From Tubiluchus corallicola (taxonomy: Eukaryota > Animalia > Priapulida): 64,000 nt of DNA. The position numbers and the translations under genes were made by a program. Every line of letters begins with the position of its first letter. Within the stretch, counting starts at the first letter, position 1. Under the pieces are notes generated by a model. That model made no database searches, had not been told where the DNA came from, and saw only the letters and a program-made list of their open reading frames with translations. The stretch spans positions 62,001 through 126,000 of the forward strand of contig JAQGDQ010000290.1 of assembly GCA_030141605.1 (NCBI GenBank). The letters are read 5' to 3'. Below are positions 52,118 to 64,000 of this stretch, in pieces.

Positions 52118-53567
52118 CTAATGATCAAGACAGTTCAAACTTCATCCCTTATAGTTGGCAACTAAATACAGCATTTTCAATGATAGATCACTCACCCTAC
52201 AGCAATTCTAACTAATTTGACTAGTAGTTTTTTCTTTTGATTAAATTTGACTAAATTTAAGCCTGAAATTTCCGTGGGTAATTAATTAATATTAAAATCT
52301 TAAAGTCATGATTCTAATTAAACCGCATAGGGTATTTCTAAATCTGTGACTGCACATAATTCACAAAACCTCGAACTCGCGGAACGGTGGGCTTATAATC
52401 CGCTTTCTTATTTAACTTTTGACTTGCGCAATGCAAAAAGTGAAAATAGTTTCAAGTTAACCCGATTAGTGATCGCTTAATTCCCTTTTGACCGTGAATG
52501 ATTTTAAGGGCATGACACGAACAGCGCGTAGGTAACTGATCTATAAGGTTTACTTTAATTGTAAGCCAGCTCATTGTATTGACACCAGGGCTGAATAATT
52601 CACCTTGATTCGTCATCAGGGTCTTAAGCAGTTTTTTATTTGTCTGAATTATTTGTAATAAATACAGGAAATTTGTAATTAATCAAGAGCAACGAAATAG
52701 TTGGCAATATGTGAGAAAACAGAGAGTGTCAAAAACTGCTGCTACTGTTGTTTCAAAATTTGTTAGAATTTCAGAAATAAGTTGCCTTTTCACAGTTCCA
52801 GCGGTTGATGATGATCGCGAAAAGGTCAAAGGTTAAGTGCATCAGATAACGTATTTGTGTTTACATTTGACAACGCCTCGCAGCTCTAGCTACTGTAATA
52901 GTAATAGTTTTAACAGCTACCTAGTTCATTTTTTCTTGTTTCCAAGTAACATCCTGCTTTTAAATCACTCTACGCTTAGACTAATGCATAATTAAGTAAA
53001 GTCTGAGTAAAACAATTGAAGTTACTGAACTGATGCGACAGAAGGCTTTGTTTTGCATACATGTCACGTGACGATTGTAGTTAACACTCGTTGCTGCGGT
53101 ACACTTAACTTTTGACTTACAGCAACTGCGCGTGCGCACAATGAGACTGCAAAACGGCTTATTCACCATTGTTATGTGACATCATTAGAACAATCAACAA
53201 TGTTTGTAAACGATTTTTAGTCTAGAGAATGGACTATAGTTTATAGTTCATTTTAGAGCACAACGTTACGTTGTTTTTACACACTGAAACATGCTAACTG
53301 AATCGTAGTTAGCAAAAATTGAAATATTCATTGGATTTTTCAATAGTAAATGCAGTAAAATTAATTACAATGTAAATTAATTAATGTAAATTGTACAAAC
53401 AATACAAATAGTTACATTTTTGTATTTTTCGTGTTTTTTAAAACTGGAAAAAACCTCGAAGCTTGGTGGTGTGGTATTACCTACACCGCGCATGCGTACA
53501 GCTGATTGCCAGGCTGAACCTGCTAACAAAATAAAAAAAGGCGAATGAATTTTCACATTTTCTTCTT

Positions 53568-55415
53568 TCACGTTCTTATCTCACTTTTTTGTTGCTGCAA
53601 ATGTTTCAGTGACACGTCGATCGCTCGTCTGGATAAGATAATAAACGCAATAAACAAGATCAGAGTTATAGAAGCCAGCGCAATGACCTTGCCCCACCCC
53701 TTTTTACACGTTAGAATTCTTGGTGACTCTATCAGACTCACAGCAACTTCAACAGCAGAGCAACGCGGGTCTTCCCCAATCGAATCAGAAATCTCAGTAC
53801 ACCCAGTAACACTCAGCTCACACAAGCCCATACATATGTCGTTGGTTAAGTAAACTTTTCCTTGTTGGTCGACGCTGAAGTGATTTTTGTAATGCGTGAC
53901 CGCGTACACGATTTTGCGTTCATCATCTCCCGGATCTTTGGCTTCAACTGTGCCAACATGGATGTCTTCTTCCCGCTTGCTGTAAAAATGATACTTTGGC
54001 AAGGAAAACACGGGATTCTTCGAATTCGTTTTCTTGACGTACAGTTGCATGGATACTTCGCTGGATTGTTCTCCGTTGTCCGCTTTCACTGTTATCCGAT
54101 ACAAACTCCTTCTCCAGGGATCTAGCAAAGTAGCAGTCCTTATTTCCCCAGTTTCTTTTGTTATGTTAAAATCTACAACTTCGTAATCATCTTCGCTTGT
54201 CGGTTTAAGACTATAAGTGATATTTGCACCTGTATCATCAGCAGCAAGGATTTGAACCACACTCATCCCAAGCGGAGCATTACCCATCACCGTGATCGAA
54301 TAGCGATCTTTCTCAAATGTGGGACGCTCGCGATACTGACTACGCACTTTAATATGGAGAAAGGTAACAGCGTAATGCAGTTCATTCGGTTCTGTGGCTT
54401 TGATGAGGATATAAAATTCACTGCCGGCGTCAGCATAAGCAGTGACAGTAACAATACCAGTGTCACTTTCTATTTCAAACTTGCCTTCTGCTTGATCTTC
54501 ATGAGGAAAACTATATGTGATTGTACAATTGACCCCATAGTCTTGGTCAACGGCAAGAATTGGTCCAGGTAGTATGTTCAGTTCTGATCCAACGAGATCG
54601 GCTCCTCCAGATGTAGCCGTATACGGACCACCTATAAACTTCGGGTTCGAATTGTCAATATCAAGGAGATGAACGGTTAGAGTTGTTGTTGATGACAGTT
54701 CATTGTCCTCCCCCCTGTCTTGAACTCTTACGGTTATTTCAATTTGCGGATTTTCATCATAATCTAACATCCCGTTGACTGTCACGATGCCGCTTGAAAC
54801 GTCTCGAATTGCAAAGTACTCCGAAAAAGGTCCCTCTTCGATGTAATAGTAGAGAACATTATTTGGTACTTCAAAATCTTTATCACTGGCGTTTAGAGTA
54901 AATACTTCTGATCCAATGTTACCATATTCGTCAATACTTACTTCATAAGGAGCATTTATAAAATATGGGCTATTGAGATTCACGTCTATAATGTAAATTT
55001 CTACAGGAATGGTAACAGATTGTTTGCCATGAGTCAATGGATGACACAGTAAGTCTATTTCAATTGGCACATGCTCTTTTGGATTTTCGAAAGTATCCAA
55101 ATATCTGTTAATGTTACTTTTTACCCTCAGACTGTAATGTTTCGGTCCCCAAATCACCTCAAAGGGAACAAAGCCCTGTATCGTAAGTTCAAAATCACTT
55201 GTGACGTTAAGTTGAGTTATGTTACCAATTTCTGTGTTACGTTTTGCATCTTTCCTTACTGTAAATTTAATGGGATCTGGCTGCCAGCTGTAATAACACG
55301 TCTCGCCTTTACTCGGAAGATCCCGTCTTCCAGCGCACATACGGAAGGCTAGGCAAGTTAGAAAAAGTAGCATTTGTTGGCGTGTCATGCACGACTTTTC
55401 AAGAAACCAGCACAT
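53568..55415 (-). CDS. Single-exon cadherin-related type I membrane protein (CDHR5/PCDH15/Cad99C-like; signal peptide, ~5 EC repeats, TM, short tail)
   Basis: Uninterrupted ORF (first ATG 55415, alternative 55388 just before the signal peptide); cadherin motifs DVNLNSPYF, ASDKD, LDYDE, DIDNSNPKF, PGPILAVDQDYGVN; TM VIALASITLILFIAFIIL; ~21-aa cytoplasmic tail. Confidence 0.92.
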   Translation of the reverse strand: MCWFLEKSCMTRQQMLLFLTCLAFRMCAGRRDLPSKGETCYYSWQPDPIKFTVRKDAKRNTEIGNITQLNVTSDFELTIQGFVPFEVIWGPKHYSLRVKSNINRYLDTFENPKEHVPIEIDLLCHPLTHGKQSVTIPVEIYIIDVNLNSPYFINAPYEVSIDEYGNIGSEVFTLNASDKDFEVPNNVLYYYIEEGPFSEYFAIRDVSSGIVTVNGMLDYDENPQIEITVRVQDRGEDNELSSTTTLTVHLLDIDNSNPKFIGGPYTATSGGADLVGSELNILPGPILAVDQDYGVNCTITYSFPHEDQAEGKFEIESDTGIVTVTAYADAGSEFYILIKATEPNELHYAVTFLHIKVRSQYRERPTFEKDRYSITVMGNAPLGMSVVQILAADDTGANITYSLKPTSEDDYEVVDFNITKETGEIRTATLLDPWRRSLYRITVKADNGEQSSEVSMQLYVKKTNSKNPVFSLPKYHFYSKREEDIHVGTVEAKDPGDDERKIVYAVTHYKNHFSVDQQGKVYLTNDICMGLCELSVTGCTEISDSIGEDPRCSAVEVAVSLIESPRILTCKKGWGKVIALASITLILFIAFIILSRRAIDVSLKHLQQQKSEIRT

Positions 55416-55744
55416 GCTAACGACTTCAAGGAAATTATAGATTTTCAACCGTTCAGAACATCACCGTTTGTTTAGCTCGAATAATTAAACTTAATCGCAA
55501 TCAATTACTGCAAAAAATTCTTACGTAATCGCTAAGTAAACTGACACATTTGCTGTTCTCTGTAGTTTAGTCAACTGACATTCGAATTCAAGCAAAACGC
55601 GTTCATGAACAATAATGAAGTTCTTCAGTTACTCAACTTTAGTGGAAACATTATTTTAAACGTTCGCGGTTCTTTCACTCGTCGTTGTCATGGATACCAT
55701 TGTAGTTATCTGTGACGTAATAAAGAAAGTGTTTTGATCGCAAG

Positions 55745-56260
55745 TTTTTTGTAAAACATTCAAAAAGGCAAGTTCGATTATTTAATGCTTACGTTACCAG
55801 CATATTTTATGTACGACAGTGAAACATGGGGTTTAACGATTACTCAAGAAAAGCGGATTGATACATTTCATAGAGGTCTTCTAAGGAAAGTTTTAAAGAT
55901 AAGATGGTCATACATAATGAAAAATGAAGAATGAAATTTTCTTTTACACTAGAACGAAAAAAAATCCTTAGAGTACAAAAGTCGAAATCCGAAGATTAAG
56001 ATGGCTAGGACATCTTCTAAGATTACCAAATGATGCATCAGTAAGAATCGCCTTAAAGGAAGCCTAAAACCTTGCAAAAAACCATCTGGCAAACCAAAAA
56101 CAACGTGAATAGCTAAGATGTTCAACAACTTCAACCAAATCTATCTTTAGGAGTAGAAGAACTTACGTTGTTAGCTGCAGATAGAAGTGAGTGGAATACT
56201 CTAATAAACGTTGATGCCTCTATGTCTATAATAGATGAATGAGACTTTGAAGAAAGAAAA
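55745..56260 (+). mobile_element. RTE-clade LINE degenerate 3' fragment
   Basis: MYDSETWGLT...RIDTFHRGLLRKVLKIRW...RLRWLGHLLRLP...AADRSEW with stops and frameshifts; (GAA)-like tail. Confidence 0.82.
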
Positions 56261-57489
56261 CATTAAAAACGGCATATTCGAAAACTTTGCTTAGCTTGAA
56301 ATCTCCTGCACAGAAACACTTTCACGTGTACGTGATGCCAAAACCCCATTTTTGGAAAATTTTGTGTCATATTTACACAAGGCAGATGCACAAGGTTTTG
56401 GTTAGGATCTTCATACCTAATTTATTAATAAATAGCGTTGCTGAATTTTATTACGAGAAATTTGACCTATTCAACACAACCTCAAGGCAATAAAAGGCCA
56501 AGGACAAAAAGGCTTCATAAACCAACTACCTGTGGCATCTGCAACCACTTTAGCACTACCTTATTTTACGTAATTTACTGATAATAACAACGAAGGGAAA
56601 ACGTCTTATACTCTTTTACTTTATTTTCATTTAAAATTTATTTCATACATTAAAAAGTATGATGTATTGCAGGATTGCGATAAAAGTTAAAACACCTGAA
56701 GGTGCGCGGTAAAAATGACACAGGTAAAAATGGCACAGGTAAAATAACATGTGTGCTATTTTTTTCTACTTTTCCGATTCTGCCCTTTCTTCCTGTGACA
56801 TTTTTACCTAGTTTTCTAGGTACACAAAATTAGCAAACCAAAGAGTACAAATAACTGAGTAGATTAAAAAGTAATTTAAAAAGGATTAACGAAAGTTTGT
56901 TTTTATTAATTAGGCTGGAGAGCAAAGTTTGTGGGAGGAGTTTGCTGTTGCTGACCGAATTGTCGTCGCTGGCTTTTCATAGAGTTGATGTTTGTTTATG
57001 TTACTATAGTGACTAATTATATAATTAACAAGCTGATGCGTGGGCTTACGAACAAAAATTCCAAGTAATAAAAATATGAAGCTTTTTTTGAATGAGCATT
57101 TCCAGTTGAATGGTTAATAAAGTCGAGCACTGTAACAAGAAATATAGCCAATTTATTATAATTAGAAACGTCGATTAGCTGGCAACCTTAATCAATAGTA
57201 CATATGTAAATATAAAATGTTATTTCTAAACTGTTTGTTAAACCTAATAAAGTAAAATATCAATTATTTATATTTTTTAGTTTTTAAACTTACAGCAACC
57301 GGGTTATTCAATGCGTGAAAACAGTATTTTTGGCTCAGTGAGTACAAGGTACTGATAAATAAATCATTCAGACTTTATATTTTAACTTATGCAAACAACA
57401 GAATTATAACACCAGACTAAATATATCAAATGATTTTTCAGTCAACGTCGCTGCACCGTTGACCAGTAGAGCCTTGCCTTTTCAGGTGA

Positions 57490-58297
57490 ATCTTTGATCA
57501 GTGGTCCTTTGTCTGGTGGTTCTTTGGCTGATGGTCATTTGATCTATGGTCTTTTGTCTGGTGGTCCTTTGACTGGTGATTCTTTGATCTATGGTCTTTT
57601 GTCTGGAAGTCATGTGACTGGTGGTCATTTGATCTATGGTATTTTGCCTGTTGGTCATTTGACTGGTGGTCCTTTGACCTATGGTCTTTTGTCTGGTGGT
57701 CATTTGACTGCTGGTCATTTGACTAGTGGTCCTTTGACCTATGGTATTTTGTCTGTTGGTCTTTTGTCTGGTGATCATTTGACTTGTGGTCCTTTGACCT
57801 ATGGTATTTTCTCTGGTGGTCCTTTGACTGTTGATTCTTTGATCTATGGTCTTTTGTCTGGTAGTCATGTGACTGGTGGTCATTTGACCTATGGTATTTT
57901 GTCTGTTGGTCATCTGACTGGTTCTCCTTTGACCTATGGTATTTTGTCTGTTGGTCATTTGACTGCTGGTCATTTGACTGGTGGTCCTTTGACCTATGGT
58001 ATTTTGTCTGTTGGTCTTTTGTCTGGTGATCATTTGACTGGTGGTCCTTTGACTTATGGTCTTTTGTCTGGTGGTCATTTGACTGCTGGTCATTTGGCTG
58101 GTGGTCCTTTGACCTATGGTATTTTGTCTGTTGGTCTTTTGTCTGGTAGTCATGTGACTGGTGGTCATTTGACCTATGGTATTTTGTCTGTTGGTCATCT
58201 GACTGGTGGTCCTTTGACCTATGGTATTTTGTGTGTTGGTCTTTTGTCTGGTGGTCATTTGACCTATGGTCTTTTGTCTAGTGATCCTTTGACCTAC
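57490..58297. repeat. 15-bp-unit minisatellite (GGTCATTTGACTGGT and variants), ~54 units
   Basis: Directly visible; unit length divisible by 3 explains the long ORFs on both strands. Confidence 0.92.
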
Positions 58298-59450
58298 AGC
58301 CCATTACGTACACACATCTCAACTTTACATTAGGACATCAGACTCTGAACGTGACATACACAGTAATGAACTGATTTACCTTGAAAACAGTAAGAAGGCC
58401 ACGTGCAAAAAACCTAAAGCAGACACACAGAGTAGAGATCTTGTAAGCAAGAGTAAACGACTGTTGTTGACTTGAGCATTGTCAAGAATCATCTAATGTT
58501 TAACACCTCTTAGCAAAAATAGTAAGTCTATGGGCTAATTGTAGTCGTAGGCAACCAAACGTAATGGAAAACGTGAATTTGGAATGCTGACAGACAAGTT
58601 AGTCAAAAGGTAAGATAAGCATAAAAAGAAACAAACATCAGTCTCGCGCATATGGTTTAGTCATTTGACTACAGTGTTTGCCAGGAAACTAAGCCAAAGT
58701 TAAAATGCATAATTTCGTTTCAATTCAAATAATTCGTTGCGATAAATAAATCAAACATACAAAGTTCACGTTAAACCAAAGTCTGGTTTAGCATTACAAA
58801 ACATTTGCAAAGAAACGTTTTAATGTTTTAAATTTTTTCTCCGAGTTGAAAATTGAAATAATTTGAGTGATTGATTACACCTTTTTCTATAAGCGCTTAA
58901 ACTGCCAAAGCCGAAAATAACCAAAATATGGAAACAGAGGGAGAGGAGGGTGGGGGGGGGGAGAAAGAGAACTCAGTTAGTCAGAACTCCCACAAGTAAA
59001 AAATGTAAGAACCAAAACGCACACTTGCAAAATGAGTAAGTTATCAAAGTGACCGAGACGCTCCACGTGTTTGGTTCAAAACGAAAGCTTACAGTCACTT
59101 ATGCAACAATTACTGCGCGGAAAAGACTGAACCAAGCCTATAATTACTATAATTAGTATATTTACTATGTAAATAACAGTCAAGTAAATTTAAGATTTAA
59201 ATATGGTTGTACTGTAGATCTAAATGAAAATGTAAAATTAAAGGTTAAGAACTCATTTAAAGATTATGTTTTAAGATATCTATTATAGCTCCTTACAACA
59301 CTGTATACTGTAATATAATTACAAGGGAACTACAATGTGTGGTTATTATAAAGTTGAATGTCTGTAGATATGTTACTTTACTAATATCGCATTACCTGTT
59401 TTACTAACATCTTTATCTTTGTAAACTGTATATTTTTATACGAAATAAAC

Positions 59451-59536
<86 letters not shown>
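59451..59536. repeat. (AAT)n microsatellite directly after AATAAA
   Basis: Directly visible. Confidence 0.9.
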
Positions 59537-60039
59537 TTTAAAGTTCATTTTTGAATAAAAATAATATAATATTTCGAATATAAACACTTCGGATAATCGT
59601 ATATGACATCAAATTCTGGCACACATCCAACAACCAAATTTACGGCAACAATTACGCAGTTGAGCATTACCCACTGTCCGCATGGATTTGCCCCCAGGGT
59701 TCACCTGCCGAGAAAAGAAATTGTTTAGATAAGACAACCCTGGGCACAGATTTGGCAGGACTATTGTAAACGGGAGCACAAAGTCTTCGTTCAAATCTTT
59801 GTTGAAAACAAACTTTACTTGAACATGTAAAGCACTACGGCTAATATACTGATCGTTTCCATTTTCTCGCTTGGCTTATTGACAATGTGGACTTGAAACG
59901 ATACGCTCAATTTAAGCAAATTCCTCGGCGCGTATCCAGCAGACCTTCAGGCGCCTTCAGTTTACTTCATCTTCATCAAACAAACCCAAAACAACATGCA
60001 CTAAAATGCGATGTTGATTGCGAGTTGTCACTAACTCGT

Positions 60040-60480
60040 GGTTCAGTTTGATTCAATTATATCAGGACAGATTCCGTACTAATCAAGGCTTCCGCACAAT
60101 ACAACATCGTGGAACAATTTTATGGAACTCCCTAAACCAAAGCATAAAACATCCTACATCTAGATCCATTACAACACTAATGTTAAAATATAGAAACGAA
60201 TTACATCAGTCATATAGTTAATAACTTAATGACAATTACTAGACATCATTTTCTTCATGTAAAATTTCTTCTATACCTATTCAATTTACTCAAATTCTTT
60301 AAAGTTATTTAAGTACTCCAAATTAGCTCTATGCCCATGGTCTTTAGTTTAAGGTTTTGACATTGCATTTTTCATTTTGATTTCCTTAATATCATTAATC
60401 TACCCCCATAAATTTTGGTTAAGACTGTATTATTTTTCTCATTATGATTATTATTATCATCATTCTATTATCTAATCTCA
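60040..60480 (+). mobile_element. Crack/L2-like LINE 3' fragment
   Basis: RTNQGFRTIQHRGTILWNSLNQSIK motif followed by UTR. Confidence 0.65.
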
Positions 60481-60487
60481 TTCTCAG

Positions 60488-61182
60488 TGTATGTATGTAT
60501 GTATGTATGTATGTATGTATGTATGTATGTATGTATGTATGTATGTATGTATGTATGTATGTATGTATGTATGTATGTATGTATGTATGTATGTATGTAT
60601 GTATGTATGTATGTATGTATGTATGTATGTATGTACGTATGTATATTCATGTAGGTAATGTATGTATATAGACAGGTTTGCATTTTTGTTTTTATGAATG
60701 AGTGCAATTATGACTTCCATTAATTGCCACTGGCACAATGTTAATGTCACTAACATCTAATCAGAGGTGACTGACAGAGGTGATTTTTGTTTTCATCACT
60801 GCGTGTTTATCTGTATCATTAACTAACATTCTACTGTATTAAGTTTATGAAGCTAAATAAATTTACTATTACTCTTACTATTACTATTGCTATTGCTGTT
60901 GCTATTGCTATTGCTATTGCTATTGCTATTGCTATTGCTATTGCTATTGCTATTGCTATTGCTGTTGCTGTTGCTTTTGCTGTTGCTGTTGCTGTTGCTG
61001 TTACTGTTACTGTTACTGTTACTGTTACTGTTACTGTTACTGTTACTGTTACTGTTACTGTTACTGTTACTGTTACTGTTACTGTTACTGTTACTGTCAC
61101 TGTTACTGTTACTGTTACTGTCACTGTCACTGTCACTATCACTATCACTATCACTATCACTATTACTGTTACTATTACTATT
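60488..61182. repeat. Microsatellites (TATG)n and graded hexamer array (TATTGC-TGTTGC-TGTTAC-TATCAC)
   Basis: Directly visible at 60488-60645 and 60865-61182. Confidence 0.95.
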
Positions 61183-61463
61183 AGAATTTAGTAGTTTAAC
61201 AATCTGTTGAGCTTTACCAATCCTCCCTTTCTTCCTTCGCACTAAGATTTTAAACTTGTTAATAAAAACTAAATAAGCAACTTTTTAGTTGTTCTCCATT
61301 GTACGTATCCACCATGTTCTATTTATTAAAGGATCAAATTAATGTTATATAATAATATTAAATGTGATATAACACAACTATGTACTAACAAAACGTCAAG
61401 AAACTCAGCCTTGGCCCTGCATAAAAACAAGTTTATGCTATTTTGCGTACAATTTACCTAAAT

Positions 61464-62519
61464 GCCTTTAATAAGGCCTTTATAAAATAAAAAAACAAAA
61501 TCTGAGGAATGGAAATCGAAACGAAAAGGACGAAAGGTAATTTAAAGTTACGAAGGTCAAAAATGCACACAATATATTAAACATGGCTATTCGTACAGGG
61601 CGAATTTAAATTTTCCACTTCTTGTTACTGTAATTCCTTATTTGGAACAATACAAAAATGCATTGTGCTTACCTAACTTCAGTAAACAATGAAAAACTCA
61701 GGAAACCACATCTCTACCATAGTTATATAACCTCCTATAACATAACTGCAAACATATTCTATTATTCTATATTAATGAAATGCAAACGAAATGCAAACTA
61801 TATTTATTGAAATGTAAGGTTTCCGTACGTACGCGTACCACTTCCAAAATTAGAATAATTCAAAAATACACAGAGTTAATAGTATTACGTGACATTCTAG
61901 AACAAACAAGCATTTTCCACGACCCCGAACGTTTTCATTATAAAACTAAATTATACCTCAAATTTTACTGTAACGTTTACTGTAATTTTACTTTAAACAG
62001 TGAAATTGAAGGTTTCAAACATAATTTAGTTTTGCTTCATTGCTTACAAACACATTTTTATAAATAATATTGTGAGTTTTTACGCAAAAATCAGATTGTT
62101 GCCATAAACAATTTTATAGTAATAATTTAGTTGTGTAATAAATTGATCAGGGGTGGGAAAAACTTCTTTGTTTTAGGTTATCACCTGCTGTGATTAAAAC
62201 TCTTTGCATATTTCAGAATTATTCTGATTTTCAAAATGATATGCATCCGTACGGAAACCTTACTTACCTTTATATCTTTCTTATCTTTATATTTTGTTAA
62301 CATTGAATAATAGAATACCTTTGTAATAGCTTTACGAGTTTAAATAACTAAGATAGAGATGGGCTTTCCTAAGTTGGGCATTGTTTACTGCAGATAAGAT
62401 TTGGATAGGTGACCACGATATATTTTTCAATTGCATTTCATCCATGCTTTTCCTTTTCGATTCGGTTTTTTCCATTCCGGAGATTTCGTTTTTGATTTTA
62501 CCAAGGCCCTATTAAAGGC
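61464..62519. mobile_element. Old foldback/DNA-transposon remnant with long degenerate inverted arms
   Basis: GCCTTTAATAAGGCC...GGAATGGAAA (61464-61530) is inverted at 62450-62519; GTAAGGTTTCCGTACG (61814) is inverted at ~62248. Confidence 0.6.
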
Positions 62520-62581
62520 TTTCGGGAGTGTCCGTGAAGTAGTATAAACTTCATTACATTCATATGAAGTAGGCTGATGAT

Positions 62582-63400
62582 ATAGACATAGACATAGACA
62601 TATATATAGACATAGACATAGACGTAGACGTAGACGTAGACGTAGACGTAGACGTAGACGTAGACGTAGACGTAGACGTAGACGTAGACGTAGACGTAGA
62701 CATAGACATATAGACATATAGACATATAGACATATAGACATAGACATAGACATAGACATAGACATAGACATAGACATAGACATAGACATAGACATAGACA
62801 TAGACATAGACATTTTATTTATATCCTCATTTACACCAGGATACAAGAAGACTGTTATTGCTAAGGTTATTAATTATGCATAAGGATAAATTATGCATAA
62901 AGGAAAGAGTTAGGGGGTGCAGGAGAAAGGGTAGCGAAAGACCAATTGGTCGTCAAGTCAGCTACCCTTGTATAGAACTGATGCACACTGAAGAAGCGTC
63001 TATCTCGTACACATCATCATCAATAGAACGTTATTAATTGCGTTTTCATGTAAGGAAAATGTTCAGTTTCATGAGATGATTCAAGTTTGCGAGAGAAGGC
63101 TGGTTCACACTGCAACAACCTACGGGCGTGCATTGCGAACAGTTTATTGAGATAATAGGTTCTGGTTATAAATGGCCAGAAGGAAAATTCTTAAAACGTT
63201 GCGGAGAATGCGTGTAATACGATGCTGGAACACGAATAAATGAGGCTTAAAGTACCGCTAGCTTCTCGATAACTGAGATGATCAGGCAGGTCTGGTTGGT
63301 ATTATAGCGTCACTGGTATAGTTACAGGCTTTTAACAGGTTTAGTTGAGAAATAAAATGCGTGTTTTAATAAATTAATAAACCTTACGTGCTAGAAAAAT
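62582..63400 (-). mobile_element. LINE-like 3' end whose tail is an expanded (TGTCTA/CGTCTA)n microsatellite
   Basis: Minus-strand AATAAA at 62813-62818 is followed immediately by the hexamer array 62812-62582; degenerate LINE-like sequence lies upstream. Confidence 0.5.
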
Positions 63401-63535
63401 CATCAAAGACTCAGTTTATTAAGACAAATGGCAAGAGTAATGCCAGGTGTGCCGAGAAAAGAGAAAGTTTATTTGGAAAGGTGAGAAATATCAAGAGAAC
63501 GGTTTAAGAGTTTGTTTAGATTCGAATCAGAAAAT

Positions 63536-64000
63536 GTGTAGTGGATGGCTGATTATTTTTTTCTAAATGCTTCTGCAAAACGAAAAGATGTTTTTAAAGT
63601 TTTCAGACAACGCAAGTGTTCTTGCGGTTTTTGTCATAGGCTTTTGTCTTATTTACGAAGGTTATGATTTTTGTAAATTAGTTGCTTTGCTAGCTTATTT
63701 TATTAATTCTGGTTTGTATATCAAACAATTTATGTGCAAAAACGTAATTTAAGCAACAAAATGTTACGTTAAACTCATGAACAAGGTGATTGATTGCTTA
63801 TTAGTTGCACACAAATATACAAACCAGAATTAATAAAATAAGCTAGCAAAGCAACTAATTTACAAAAATCATAACCTTCGTAAATAAGACAAAAGCCTAT
63901 GACAAAAACCGCAAGAACACTTGCGTTGTCTGAAAACGTTAAAAACATCTTTTCGTTTTGCAGAAGCATTTAGAAAAAAATAATCAGCCATCCACTACAC
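63536..64000. mobile_element. Young long palindrome (foldback MITE-like), running off the window end
   Basis: Arms 63536-63721 and 63815-64000 are reverse complements (186 bp, one mismatch seen) around a 93-bp spacer. Confidence 0.88.

Overview
This is AT-rich, repeat-dense eukaryotic (invertebrate animal) genomic DNA; I saw no prokaryotic features or CRISPR arrays. Two genes are well supported. (1) A spliced minus-strand gene for a very divergent cytoplasmic intermediate-filament (IF) protein, with a coiled-coil rod, a lamin-tail (LTD) Ig domain and no CaaX. Eight coding exons were traced by hand from 42697 down to the stop at 22554; the 5' exons and the rod-tail linker exon(s) were not resolved. 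(2) An intronless minus-strand cadherin (53568-55415) resembling CDHR5/PCDH15/Cad99C, with signal peptide, ~5 EC repeats, a TM helix and a ~21-aa tail. A probable terminal coding exon of an unidentified + strand gene lies at 18487-18743. The rest is mobile DNA and tandem repeats: two solo LTRs, Kolobok-type (TTAA) and hAT-type (8-bp TSD) non-autonomous DNA transposons, foldback elements, many 3' LINE fragments (RTE, L2/Crack, CR1, RTE-X-like), several minisatellites and many microsatellites. The most distinctive element is a 5S-rRNA-headed SINE with an RTE-like body and tail, present as one full-length copy with TSD plus two 5'-truncated copies. Most ORFs in the supplied track are spurious translations of repeats. 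Family assignments come from recalled motifs, not database searches.
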